Shown: positions 49,586-59,151, counted from the first letter of the stretch. The stretch: DNA of 64,000 nucleotides from an uncultured Verrucomicrobiota bacterium (GCA_903825435.1 CAIKAP010000097.1:10547-74546); one strand, 5' to 3'. The notes: generated by a model not told the origin, from the letters alone. Made by a program: numbers and translations.

Positions 49586-51532
49586 TTATGCTTTCTTGTC
49601 GTTGTCGTCAACGACTTCGAAATCGGCGTCCACGACCTTGCCGTCCTTCGGGGCTTCGGCCCCCTTCGGCGGTTCGTCGGACTTGGTCTCGTCCTTAGGC
49701 GCTTCATCTTCCTTCGGGCGGACCTTGGCGTAAATGTCGGCGGACACGGCGTGCCACGCCTTCGTCAACTCTTCCTCGGCGCTCTTCAACGTGTCGGCGT
49801 CGTCGCCCTTAAGGGCTTCGCGCGCCTTCGCGATGGCGGCTTCGAGTGAGGACTTGTGGTCGGCGGTAAGTTTGTCGGCCAATTCCTTGATCTGCTTCTC
49901 GGTGTTGTACACCAGCGTATCGCAATGGTTTCGTAGTTCGATCTTCTCGCGCGCCTTCTTGTCTTCCTCGGCGTGCGCCTCGGCGTCGCTCTGCATCTTC
50001 TGGACTTCTTCTTTCGAGAGACCGCTTGATGCCGTAATCGTGATCTTCTGCGACTTGCCGGTGCCGAGGTCCTTGGCACTGACGTGGAGGATGCCGTTCG
50101 CGTCAATGTCGAACGTCACCTCGATCTGCGGCAGTCCGCGCGGTGCGGGCGGAATCTCGGTGAGATGGAAACGACCGAGCGACTTGCAGTCGCGCGCCAT
50201 CTCGCGTTCGCCTTGCAGTACGTGGATCTCCACGCTGGTCTGGCTGTCGGCGGCGGTGGAAAAGATTTCGCTCTTGCGAGTCGGGATCGTGGTGTTACGC
50301 GGGATCAACGGTGTGCGGACGCCGCCGAGGGTCTCGACGCCGAGCGTGAGCGGCGTGACGTCGAGCAACACGATGTCTTGCTTGACCTGGCCGGTGAGGA
50401 CGCCGCCTTGAATCGCGGCGCCGACGGCAACGACTTCGTCGGGATTGACGCCTTGATGCGGCGCTTTGCCAATGAGTTTGCGGGCGGCTTCGATCACCTT
50501 CGGCATGCGGGTCATGCCGCCGACGAGGACGAGTTCATCAATTTTATCCATCGTGATCTTGCCATCGCGCAGGCAGTTCTCGACGGGCTTGATGGTGCGC
50601 TCGACGAGCGTGTCGCAAAGCTGTTCGAGCTTGGCGCGCGTGAGTTTCTTGACGATGTGCTTCGGCCCGGTGGCGTCGGCGGTGACGAACGGGAGGTTGA
50701 TCTCGTATTCCATCGCGCTGGAAAGCGCGATCTTCGCCTTCTCGGATTCTTCTTTGATGCGTTGGAGGGCGTCGGCCTGTTTCTTCAGGTCAATGCCATT
50801 CTCCTTCTTGAAGTCGTCGATGATCCAGTTCATCACCGCTTCGTCGAAGTCGTCGCCGCCGAGGTGGGTGTCGCCATTGGTGGCGAGCACTTCGAAGACG
50901 CCTTCGCCGATGGAGAGTACCGAGATATCGAACGTTCCGCCACCGAGGTCGTACACGGCAATGTGCTCGTCCTTCTTCTTGTCGAGGCCATAGGCCAGCG
51001 AGGAAGCGGTCGGTTCATTGATGATGCGGAGCACTTCAAGGCCTGCGATCTTGCCAGCGTCCTTCGTAGCCTGGCGTTGGGCGTCGTTGAAATAGGCGGG
51101 TACGGTGATGACGGCCTTTTCGATTTTCTCGCCGAGGTAGGCTTCGGCGTCAGACTTCATCTTCGCAAGGATCATCGCGGAGATTTCGGGCGGAGAAAAT
51201 GTCTTCGTCTCGCCGCCGACCTGGACGCGCACGTGTGCGTCGCCGTTGGCGGCGCGCACGACGTCGTAGGGGACGCGTTTGCGTTCCTGTTCGACTTCTT
51301 CGTACTTGCGGCCCATGAACCGCTTGATGGAGTAGACGGTGTTCTTCGGGTTGACGACCGACTGTCGTTTCGCCGCCTGGCCGACAACGCGCTCGCCGGA
51401 CTTCGTGAAGCCGACGACTGATGGCGTCGTCCGGCCACCTTCCGCATTGGCGATGACGACGGGTTCGCCGCCTTCCACCACCGCCATGCAGGAGTTGGTC
51501 GTACCGAGATCAATACCTAAAACTTTTGACAT
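49586..51532 (-). CDS. dnaK: Chaperone DnaK (Hsp70)
   Basis: [19 protein letters not shown] and the other Hsp70 signatures. Confidence 0.95.
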   Translation of the reverse strand: MSKVLGIDLGTTNSCMAVVEGGEPVVIANAEGGRTTPSVVGFTKSGERVVGQAAKRQSVVNPKNTVYSIKRFMGRKYEEVEQERKRVPYDVVRAANGDAHVRVQVGGETKTFSPPEISAMILAKMKSDAEAYLGEKIEKAVITVPAYFNDAQRQATKDAGKIAGLEVLRIINEPTASSLAYGLDKKKDEHIAVYDLGGGTFDISVLSIGEGVFEVLATNGDTHLGGDDFDEAVMNWIIDDFKKENGIDLKKQADALQRIKEESEKAKIALSSAMEYEINLPFVTADATGPKHIVKKLTRAKLEQLCDTLVERTIKPVENCLRDGKITMDKIDELVLVGGMTRMPKVIEAARKLIGKAPHQGVNPDEVVAVGAAIQGGVLTGQVKQDIVLLDVTPLTLGVETLGGVRTPLIPRNTTIPTRKSEIFSTAADSQTSVEIHVLQGEREMARDCKSLGRFHLTEIPPAPRGLPQIEVTFDIDANGILHVSAKDLGTGKSQKITITASSGLSKEEVQKMQSDAEAHAEEDKKAREKIELRNHCDTLVYNTEKQIKELADKLTADHKSSLEAAIAKAREALKGDDADTLKSAEEELTKAWHAVSADIYAKVRPKEDEAPKDETKSDEPPKGAEAPKDGKVVDADFEVVDDNDKKA

Positions 51533-51727
51533 AATCTTGTTGGTTCCTCTCTATGCACAGATTGCCTGTCATTTGTTTAAGCTATGCCTGTGCCAGCGGA
51601 ATCTAATTTTTGTAACAAACACCGGCAGAAGACTTTGGTGTAAACTGCCGGTTGTGCCGTGCCCACTTACTTGTCACAGTTTCCCCCGCAAACTGTGCCA
51701 GACGCGCCACAGTGACACACCAAGGTG

Positions 51728-52813
51728 CTACGTCAACTTAAACCCAAGCGCCGCGCACTTCGCCCGCAAACCGTTGCATGCTGTGCGCAACACCAGCGTT
51801 GTGTTGAAAAACTCCCGACGCACCGGATACTCGGCCCGCAGCTTGTCGAAATGTTTCGGGTTTGCCCGCAACGCCGCGTCATCGCTGTTGATCGCGTACA
51901 CTTGACGGATCACACGCCGCAACACATCCTCGTCGTCCTCGCCGGAGGCGACTGTCACTTCGATGTGCGGCATCGGCGGCGACGGAAGCTGAGGCTGCCA
52001 GGCCGGAACAAAACCGGAACATTTGCAGGCGGCCTCGTAAATCATTCGCGTGCCGTTGACCTTGCCGTCGAAGCTGTAGCCGGCGATGTGCGGAGTGCCG
52101 ATGTCTACCTTCTCCAACAGTTCAGGCAACAAATTCGGTTCGCCCTCCCACACGTCGAGCACCAGACCGTCGAGCTTCGCGGTGAGCAGTGCCGTGTTGT
52201 CAAGCACGGCGCCGCGCGAGGAATTGATGAGAATCCCGCGACGCGGTTCCAGTAGGTGAAACGTCGCATCCGTCCCGGATTTCGTCAGCGGCACGTGTAA
52301 CGTGATGATGTCGGCCTCCGCGACGACACGGTCAAGCGACACGAATGGTCCGCCCTCGGCGCGCTGGCGTGGTGGATCGTTTTGTAGCACCCGCATTCCC
52401 AGCGCCTCGGCGTAGCGGACGACCTTGCTGCCGACGTTGCCGACGCCGACGACGCCGAGCGTTCGCTCGCGGAGCCGGAACCCGGGCCGTTCGGCCAGCT
52501 CCAGCATCGCGGCGACGATGTATTCGGCCACTGAGTTCGCGTTGCTACCGGCGGCGTTGGAGAAACTGATTCCGTGGGCGGTGAGGTAGGGGAGGTCAAT
52601 GTGGTCAAACCCGATCGTCGCCGTGGCGACAAACTTCACGCGGCTGCCGTCGAGCAGCGCGGCGTTGACGGGCGTGACGGAGCGCACCAGCAACAGGTCG
52701 GCGTCACGTATGGCGGCGGCGGTCATCTGGCGGCCGGGGACGAGTGAGACTTCGCCCAGCGGGTCGAACGCCTCGCGGACATACGGGATGTTGGGGTCGG
52801 CAACGATCTTCAT
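51728..52813 (-). CDS. pdxB: Erythronate-4-phosphate dehydrogenase-like D-2-hydroxyacid dehydrogenase
   Basis: MKIV...NIPY N-terminus. NAD-binding GVVGVGNVGSKV. PdxB-like length and C-terminal domain. Confidence 0.75.
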   Translation of the reverse strand: MKIVADPNIPYVREAFDPLGEVSLVPGRQMTAAAIRDADLLLVRSVTPVNAALLDGSRVKFVATATIGFDHIDLPYLTAHGISFSNAAGSNANSVAEYIVAAMLELAERPGFRLRERTLGVVGVGNVGSKVVRYAEALGMRVLQNDPPRQRAEGGPFVSLDRVVAEADIITLHVPLTKSGTDATFHLLEPRRGILINSSRGAVLDNTALLTAKLDGLVLDVWEGEPNLLPELLEKVDIGTPHIAGYSFDGKVNGTRMIYEAACKCSGFVPAWQPQLPSPPMPHIEVTVASGEDDEDVLRRVIRQVYAINSDDAALRANPKHFDKLRAEYPVRREFFNTTLVLRTACNGLRAKCAALGFKLT

Positions 52814-52900
52814 AGCGGGAAATGTAGCAGCGATTTTGGCATTTGACGATGTTCAAGGTGGCGGGTAAGCTGCGCCCCACTTTTTGCGAAGGGAAAAATT

Positions 52901-54646
52901 ATGTTCATAGCTCACGGAGAAAAAGTTCGGAAACATTCACGGTGGATTCTGGGCGGGATCTTGGTCCTGCTCATTCCCGGCTTCATCATGCTCTTCACGC
53001 AGACCAGCAGCCGCGAACGGCGCGAGGAAGACATGCCGACGTTGCGCGGTAAACCAATTCCCGCCGCCGAGTACGAGAACGTTCGCCAAGACCTGCGCGA
53101 CCAGTACTACATCAGCACCGGACGCGACCTGCCCCAGACGTCGCAGCTGCAGGATGAATTGAAACGCCAAGTCGTGATTCGCCTCCTCCAATTGCGCAAG
53201 GCCCGCGAGCTTGGCATCCGCGCGCCCGACGACGTGTTCGAACAATGGATCCGCAGCCATCCGATCTTCCGTAACGAACGCGGCCAGTTCGACGGCGACC
53301 GTTACCGCCGGTTCATGATCATGCTCAACAACCATCGCATCTCCGAGGGCCGTTTCCTTGAAATCATGCGCGAGGACTTCATCCTTGGCCAGTTACGCGA
53401 CTGGATCGTCGCCGGTGCGAAGGCCACGCCGCAGGAAGTCCAGCTCAACTACGGCCCGATGCATGAGAAGCTCACCATTGACCTCGTCCAGTTCGACATG
53501 GCCGATAACAAAACCACCATCACCGTTTCCGATGCCGACGCCGAGGCTTACTATAAGACGCGAAAAGACACCTTCCGAAAACCCGCCCTCGTAAAAGTTC
53601 GCTACGCCTTCTTCTCGCTCAACGAACTCAAGAAGACTGTCAAAGTTCCCGCCGCCGACGTGGACGCCTTCTACGACGAAAATCGTCCCCGATACCCCCA
53701 AGTCGTCCTCCTCGCCACCAACATCACCGCTGGCGTCACCAACATCGTCACCAGCGTCAATAGTAACGCGCTGGCCACCGTCAAAGCCGACATTCGCGAC
53801 ACCCTCGCCGCCCTTGCCGCCCGCCGCCAAGCCGGCGAACTCGCCCAGCAACTTGCCGTCAAACTCGTTCCCGAAACCGGTGGTCCTCGTCTTGACTTCA
53901 CCAAGACCGCCACCGCCATGAACGCCGTCGTCAAAGAGACCGGCTACTTCTCCCAAGGCGACACCGTCCCCGGCGTCAACGGAAGCGCCTTCTTCGAAAC
54001 CGCCTTCTGGCTCGCCCGCCGTCCCGAGCCGCCGTTCAGCGACGCCATCGAATGTTCCGACGGCTGCTATGTCCTCGAATACCTCGACGGCAAACCGGCC
54101 CGCATCCCAGACTTCGCCGAAGTCAAACAACAGGTCGTTGACCGGCTCAAGACTGAGCGCCGCTACGAAGCCACCCTCCAGCAAGGCCGCGCAGCGCTCG
54201 ACAAACTCCGCCCGTTGCTCGTCACCGGCAAGACCTTCTCCAACACCTGTGCCGAACTCAAACTAAAGATTGACACCTACGGTCCATTCACTGCCTCCGA
54301 TCAGGACTTTGCCGCGCCCGCCGCCGCCCGCATCCAACAAGCGGCCATCGGCATGGCTGTCGGCACCGTCAGCGAATTCATAGCCACTTCCGTTGGTGGC
54401 GAGTTCTTCTTCCTGCGCGAACGCCGTCCTCCCGAAGCGGCCGCCTTCGAGGCCGACCGTGCCAGCATCACCGAGCAAGTTCTCACCCGTAACCGTCGTG
54501 CCCTCTACGATAGCTGGCTCCAGACATTGTTGCAGGAAGAACAAGTCAACTTCGGCAAACCGCGAGCCGTGGCGCCCGCGCCCGCCGCCGAACCGGAAGA
54601 AGAGCCTAGCGAATCGCAGCCCGCGCCGACAAAACCAACGCGCTGA
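52901..54646 (+). CDS. Periplasmic folding chaperone, PpiD/SurA-like (parvulin-type PPIase family)
   Basis: N-terminal TM anchor, then SurA-N-like and PPIC-like regions. Confidence 0.5.
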   Translation: MFIAHGEKVRKHSRWILGGILVLLIPGFIMLFTQTSSRERREEDMPTLRGKPIPAAEYENVRQDLRDQYYISTGRDLPQTSQLQDELKRQVVIRLLQLRKARELGIRAPDDVFEQWIRSHPIFRNERGQFDGDRYRRFMIMLNNHRISEGRFLEIMREDFILGQLRDWIVAGAKATPQEVQLNYGPMHEKLTIDLVQFDMADNKTTITVSDADAEAYYKTRKDTFRKPALVKVRYAFFSLNELKKTVKVPAADVDAFYDENRPRYPQVVLLATNITAGVTNIVTSVNSNALATVKADIRDTLAALAARRQAGELAQQLAVKLVPETGGPRLDFTKTATAMNAVVKETGYFSQGDTVPGVNGSAFFETAFWLARRPEPPFSDAIECSDGCYVLEYLDGKPARIPDFAEVKQQVVDRLKTERRYEATLQQGRAALDKLRPLLVTGKTFSNTCAELKLKIDTYGPFTASDQDFAAPAAARIQQAAIGMAVGTVSEFIATSVGGEFFFLRERRPPEAAAFEADRASITEQVLTRNRRALYDSWLQTLLQEEQVNFGKPRAVAPAPAAEPEEEPSESQPAPTKPTR

Positions 54647-55280
54647 ACAACTGCTCGCACTGCGTCATCCTCTCCGGGTGGAACTGCACCCCGACGAAGA
54701 ACCGCGCCCCCGGTATCATCGCCGCTTCGATGACGCCGTCGTCGGCCCGTGCCACCACTTCCAGCGGCGCCGCGACCTGTCCCACCGCTTGGTGATGCGT
54801 TGAGTTTACCATCCGGCATCCGCACAACCGGCGCGTCCACCTGATGCCGTGTGTCGTCGCAAGTCGGTGATTGGAAATGTCCGGCAACAATGTCCCACCG
54901 AGCGCCACGTTCATTACCTGAAGTCCCCGACAGATCCCCAACAGCGCGATGTCCCGCTCGACAATTTTCCGCACTAGGAACATCTCCATTTCATCGCGCA
55001 CCGCGTCCACCCCCGACAATGTTCGCCGCTCCGTCGCCGTAAGCTTGCGCCCGTACGCGCCCGACACTTCAGTGAAATCGCCACCACCGGTCAATAAAAA
55101 GCCGTGACAGAGTTGAAAGAACGGCTCCAGTGCCGACCGCTCTTTCGTCAACGGCAGCACCACGGCCACGCCGCCCGCGCGTTCCACTGCCTGCGAGTAC
55201 GACACGCCGCAGAACCCGCCGCGTCCATGCGTGCGTTCGAGTGTGACCGCTTCCGGTGTAATGCCGATGATCGGTTTCAT
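54606..55280 (-). CDS. Class I glutamine amidotransferase-like hydrolase (peptidase C26 / gamma-glutamyl-GABA hydrolase family)
   Basis: MKPIIGIT..., catalytic LLGICRGLQ, and HH...QFHPE. Confidence 0.75.
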   Translation of the reverse strand: MKPIIGITPEAVTLERTHGRGGFCGVSYSQAVERAGGVAVVLPLTKERSALEPFFQLCHGFLLTGGGDFTEVSGAYGRKLTATERRTLSGVDAVRDEMEMFLVRKIVERDIALLGICRGLQVMNVALGGTLLPDISNHRLATTHGIRWTRRLCGCRMVNSTHHQAVGQVAAPLEVVARADDGVIEAAMIPGARFFVGVQFHPERMTQCEQLFSALVLSARAAIR

Positions 55281-55349
55281 GGCGTCAGAATACCACGTCA
55301 TGCCAAGAATACTCAATTTCCTGAATGGTTTGTTTCGGCTGCCGTTGCG

Positions 55350-55530
55350 ATAAGAAATGAGGCGCGATTTCAATATCTTGATTGCGAGTTCCCGGTTCTG
55401 GTGCTGGCTGCGCTCGGATTGGCATTGGACGATGATACCGGTCGGGGCGTGCGTCATGCGGTTCCATCTTCGATTTGATTTCGGCGACGCCGTCAACGGA
55501 GGCGACCGAAGTGTGCCGTCGCATCGAGCA
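55350..55530 (-). pseudogene. Remnant of a class-I peptide-chain release factor (RF1/RF2/PrfH-like) domain-3 region. It is frameshifted and lacks the GGQ motif.
   Basis: Frame A reads RRHTSVASVDGVAEI (RF signature RRHTSFASV). About 15 codons later, frame B reads MTHAPTGIIVQCQSERSQHQNRELAIKILKSRL (RF signature [22 protein letters not shown]). The roughly 35 codons that should carry GGQ are missing. Confidence 0.45.
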
Positions 55531-55683
55531 CGGATCGGTAAGGATTCGGGTTTGCGGAGGGATCGTGAATCGTACTCGGTACCGACATTAGTTCGGACAT
55601 TGACAATACGCTGGCTTTCGTTAAGGATGCTGCCATGCAAGCGGGATTGGGAGAACTTTCTGTAACCTGCGGCTCGCCGCGAG

Positions 55684-55787
55684 CTGTTCCGCTGTTCCGC
55701 TGTTCCGCTGTTCCGCTGTTCCGCTGTTCCGCTGTTCCGCTGTTCCGCTGTTCCGCTGTTCCGCTGTTCCGCTGTTCCGCTGTTCCG
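55684..55787. repeat. Perfect tandem array of 13 copies of the octamer CTGTTCCG
   Basis: Direct reading. It is intergenic, between the minus-strand GATase/RF remnant and the plus-strand heptad-repeat gene. Confidence 0.95.
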
Positions 55788-55875
55788 CAATGATTGTGCC
55801 ACGGTAGAATCTCTCCCGGTTTTGCAAGCCGATTCTTTTCCGACCGGCACCCGTGCCACCGACAAGGTTTTATCC

Positions 55876-56496
55876 ATGACGGATAAGACCTTCTCCGTCG
55901 CACCGGTAACCTTCGGCGGCTTGGACAAGCCTTTCTCCACGACGGACAAGACCTTCTCGATGACGGACAAGCCTTTGTCCGGGGCAGAGAAGACTTTCTC
56001 CGTCATAGACAAGCCTTTGTCGGTCGCAAATAAGCCTTTCTCCGTCACGGAGAAGACCTTCTTTGCCACGGACAAGAACAACAAGCGCGACGCGCTCATC
56101 GGATTGCTGCGTCAGCTTGCCGGTTACGTCCAGCAGAACTGCAAGAACGACTTGGCCACATTGTTGTCCAGCGGGTTCGAGGCGGTCAGCACAAGCCACG
56201 CGCAAACCGCGTTGGCCGTGCCGAGCATCGTCAGCGTGGACAACGGCAACAGCGGTCAATTACTGGTGAAGGTCAAACCGGTTGCCAACGCCAAGTGCTA
56301 CGAAGTGCGGTATGCAGCAGTACCGGCAGGCCAAGCACCGGGCGCGTGGCAGAGCGGCAGCCTGTTCACCAACTCTCGCTCCATGCCGCTCAACGGCCTC
56401 ACCCCCGGCACGAATTACACCATCGAAGCGCGCGCCGTCGGCGGCTCGACCAGCTACAGCGACTGGAGTGCCCCCACCAGCCACATGAGTTTGTAA
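55876..56496 (+). CDS. Repeat protein: about 9 imperfect heptads (T/A)(D/E)K(T/P)(F/L)S(V/M) encoded by 21-bp DNA repeats, followed by a fibronectin type III-like domain
   Basis: Translation MTDKTFSVAPVTFGGLDKPFSTTDKTFSMTDKPLSGAEKTFSVIDKPLSVANKPFSVTEKTFFATDK... The C-terminus KCYEVRYAAVPAGQAPGAWQSGSLFTNSRSMPLNGLTPGTNYTIEARAVGGSTSYSDW is FN3-like. The ATG at 55822 is an alternative start. Confidence 0.5.
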   Translation: MTDKTFSVAPVTFGGLDKPFSTTDKTFSMTDKPLSGAEKTFSVIDKPLSVANKPFSVTEKTFFATDKNNKRDALIGLLRQLAGYVQQNCKNDLATLLSSGFEAVSTSHAQTALAVPSIVSVDNGNSGQLLVKVKPVANAKCYEVRYAAVPAGQAPGAWQSGSLFTNSRSMPLNGLTPGTNYTIEARAVGGSTSYSDWSAPTSHMSL

Positions 56497-56529
56497 AAAC
56501 CGAAAAAGAAAACCGAAAGGACCAAATCC

Positions 56530-57282
56530 ATGAAAGCATATCAACAAGTAGTTCCAATCCTCATGATCGCATCGGGAATGCTGACCGGTTGCCAGACAGT
56601 AAGTTACGCGCCGCCCCCTCAAACAACTCAAATACAATGTGCGGTTCCGAAAATAGAACGGTTGGCGGAAACTCCGGAAGCTCAGTCGAAAGGCGATTTG
56701 GAAATAGCGATGGTGCCATCGCTTTATAAAGCTGTTCGTGTTGAAAAAATCAATATCAAGCAAACACAGGCATCGATGGGTGAGCAGGTGGCGCTCGGCC
56801 TTACTGGAGGAGCACAGGGACAAGTGTTTGTTGAAAAGATAACATCCACGCAACTCAAGGCACAACCAGCTCGGCTTGAATTCACTGTCCGGATTAACAA
56901 CAAATTGGATCGCGTGTTCCGTGGGCAAGGATCGGTTGTTCAATTCAATGTTGCCGGGAAGCTGGTTCCGTTTGGAAACACCGACTACAAGGAGTTCATT
57001 GGTGGTATAGTGCCTCCGCGTAATGAAACAGAATTCAAGATTTACGGCCCAACCTTGGACATGATTCCCGGAAAATGCACCATTGGCATTTTTCTTTACG
57101 ACGTTGTGACCGCAACGGATGTGGCAGGGAACACAACCGAAAAACAGAACTATGAATGGTATTTCACCTACACCACCGACCACGTTACTGACACAGCTGA
57201 AATTAGGGTGGAGCGCGGTCTTATGCCGATTGAGCAATATCAGCAGTATTTGCGGCAACGGCGTGTTTCGCAGAACCAATAG
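56530..57282 (+). CDS. Hypothetical lipoprotein
   Basis: Lipobox MLTGC. No family recognised. Confidence 0.5.
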   Translation: MKAYQQVVPILMIASGMLTGCQTVSYAPPPQTTQIQCAVPKIERLAETPEAQSKGDLEIAMVPSLYKAVRVEKINIKQTQASMGEQVALGLTGGAQGQVFVEKITSTQLKAQPARLEFTVRINNKLDRVFRGQGSVVQFNVAGKLVPFGNTDYKEFIGGIVPPRNETEFKIYGPTLDMIPGKCTIGIFLYDVVTATDVAGNTTEKQNYEWYFTYTTDHVTDTAEIRVERGLMPIEQYQQYLRQRRVSQNQ

Positions 57283-57291
57283 GGCAATTCT

Positions 57292-59151
57292 ATGAGCAAA
57301 TTACACCGTAGCGCATGGTGGACACCTACGTCCGCCATGCGCGCGGTTGTAATTGCGTCCGCATTGAGTCAATCCGCTGGACCGGGTTTACCGGACGCAA
57401 TGGCAATCAATCCACCGACAACCACGATACCGGGAAATGGCAGTTCGCCGGGAACGCTGGTGAGTTCGTTGACGCCGACCTTTAGCTGGAACCAAGTCAG
57501 TGGGGCGACCGGTTATGGCCTTTACATTCGCGACATGACAGCAGTAGGTGCGTCGCTCATTTATCCGAATGCCAGAGGGACAACGACCACGCCGTTAACA
57601 GGCAGTTCGTTTACAATGCCTGCTGGGATTCTGGCTGCCGGACACGTGTACCGTTGGAATATGACCAGCTTTATTGGTTCGACTGAAAGCACTGGTGTGT
57701 CTGTTGTTCTCTATTTTCAGACGCCTGTGGGCACAACGATTGCGACAACGGTTACACCAAGCACCGGGAATGCACCGGGAACCGTAGCGGTCAATCCACC
57801 GGCGATCACTATGCCGGGAAATGGCCGTTCGCCGGGAACGCCGCTCAATTCGTTGGTGCCGATCTTTAGCTGGCATCCGGTCAGTGGGGCGAGTGGGTAC
57901 GGTCTTTACATCCGCGACATGACAGCACCGGGTATACCGCTCATTTATCCGAATGCCAGCGGGACAACGGCCAGACCGTTAACCGGCAATTCGTTCACAA
58001 TACCTGCCGGGATTTTGACTGTCGGACACGTGTACCGTTGGAACATGACCAGCTTTAACGGTTCAACGGAGAGCACTACAGTTTCTGATGCCCTCTATTT
58101 CCATACACCTGCGGCTACAGCGCCACCTCCAATAGCTACTTCATCTGGCAATAGTAACCCAACGAAAACAGTTACAGCGAGTCCATCGCCCTCGATTCCA
58201 TCCAATAATTCAACGAGTTCAGGAAAAATGCCTTTTGACACAGTCGTTGGCTCCTTCAATGGGGTGACCGCTTATTCAAATGGCTCGGTTACTACTGACA
58301 GCACTGACCGTATTTCTACCGGCCTTAAGTGGCAATGTGTGGAATTCGTCAGGAGGTACTATTCTACTGTTTATGGAATGAACATTGGGGCAGGCGAGAA
58401 TGCCAGCGGATTTTATTCAAGTGCGGCATCTTGGAAACTGGCTAGCTTCCCGAATGGCGGAACTGTTTCTCCCCAAGTTGGCGATATTTTATGTTTTGCA
58501 GGGGGATCAAGTGGCAATGGTCACGTCGCAATTATTACCGGCGTAAGTTCTACCCAAATAACAGTTATTCAGCAGAATGTTACCGAAAGTTCAAGGGATG
58601 CAGCTTTCCCATATCCGATGAGTGTTACCGTTGGAAAATATACAGTGAGCGGATCAACTCTTGGCACTACCTATCATTGCCAAGGATGGTTGAGAAGACC
58701 TGTAGTTAGTGCATCTGCCGAATCGAAGCCATCTCCTACAAGTGCGATTACACAAAAACAAGCCGTTAGTACCCAATCGGCTCCTTCTGGCGTGAATAAA
58801 ACGAGTTCGTCGCCAAGCAGCATCGGAACGGTAAGCAGCACCGTGAAGCCACCAGCCAAGCCGACAGTTACTCCAACTCCACAGGTAGTCCACAAACTTG
58901 TATTGACGGTGCAAGCAAATCCGGAAAATGCGGGCGTTGTGAAAGGAAGTGGAGCGTATGTCGCCGGTAGTTCGCTAACCGTGAGTGCTACGGCGAACAA
59001 TGGTTACGTTTTCGTTTGCTGGATGGAGAAGTGGCAGCGGGTAAGTCAATCGGCTCAATATCAATTCGAACTTAATGGGAACCGCACCTTGGTGGCACAC
59101 TTCCGTCGAATTCGTGACCAGAACAACGAGGGCAGAGTCGAGAAGCGATAG
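57292..59151 (+). CDS. Secreted CHAP-domain amidase/peptidase. It has two N-terminal tandem repeats of roughly 120 aa (FN3/Ig-like) and a C-terminal InlB-B-repeat-like domain.
   Basis: CHAP Cys (QCVEFVRRY) and His (GNGHVAIIT). The repeats at aa ~38-150 and ~165-277 are about 75% identical. The C-terminus is LVLTVQANPENAGVVKGSGAY...GYVFVCWMEKWQ. Confidence 0.7.
   Translation: MSKLHRSAWWTPTSAMRAVVIASALSQSAGPGLPDAMAINPPTTTIPGNGSSPGTLVSSLTPTFSWNQVSGATGYGLYIRDMTAVGASLIYPNARGTTTTPLTGSSFTMPAGILAAGHVYRWNMTSFIGSTESTGVSVVLYFQTPVGTTIATTVTPSTGNAPGTVAVNPPAITMPGNGRSPGTPLNSLVPIFSWHPVSGASGYGLYIRDMTAPGIPLIYPNASGTTARPLTGNSFTIPAGILTVGHVYRWNMTSFNGSTESTTVSDALYFHTPAATAPPPIATSSGNSNPTKTVTASPSPSIPSNNSTSSGKMPFDTVVGSFNGVTAYSNGSVTTDSTDRISTGLKWQCVEFVRRYYSTVYGMNIGAGENASGFYSSAASWKLASFPNGGTVSPQVGDILCFAGGSSGNGHVAIITGVSSTQITVIQQNVTESSRDAAFPYPMSVTVGKYTVSGSTLGTTYHCQGWLRRPVVSASAESKPSPTSAITQKQAVSTQSAPSGVNKTSSSPSSIGTVSSTVKPPAKPTVTPTPQVVHKLVLTVQANPENAGVVKGSGAYVAGSSLTVSATANNGYVFVCWMEKWQRVSQSAQYQFELNGNRTLVAHFRRIRDQNNEGRVEKR

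Noticed and set aside
50084-51421. 445-aa plus-strand ORF
   Set aside because: Antisense to dnaK.
51533-51727. CIRCE/HrcA operator upstream of dnaK
   Set aside because: No TTAGCACTC-N9-GAGTGCTAA-like inverted repeat is visible; only short direct repeats are present.
55684-56070. Possible CRISPR array
   Set aside because: The repeats are 8 bp and 21 bp with no unique spacers. They are simple tandem repeats, not CRISPR.
54606-56099. 497-aa minus-strand ORF
   Set aside because: It is a chance in-frame fusion of the GATase gene, the release-factor remnant, the octamer array (GTAEQRNS repeats) and the antisense of the 21-bp repeat gene. It is not a single gene.
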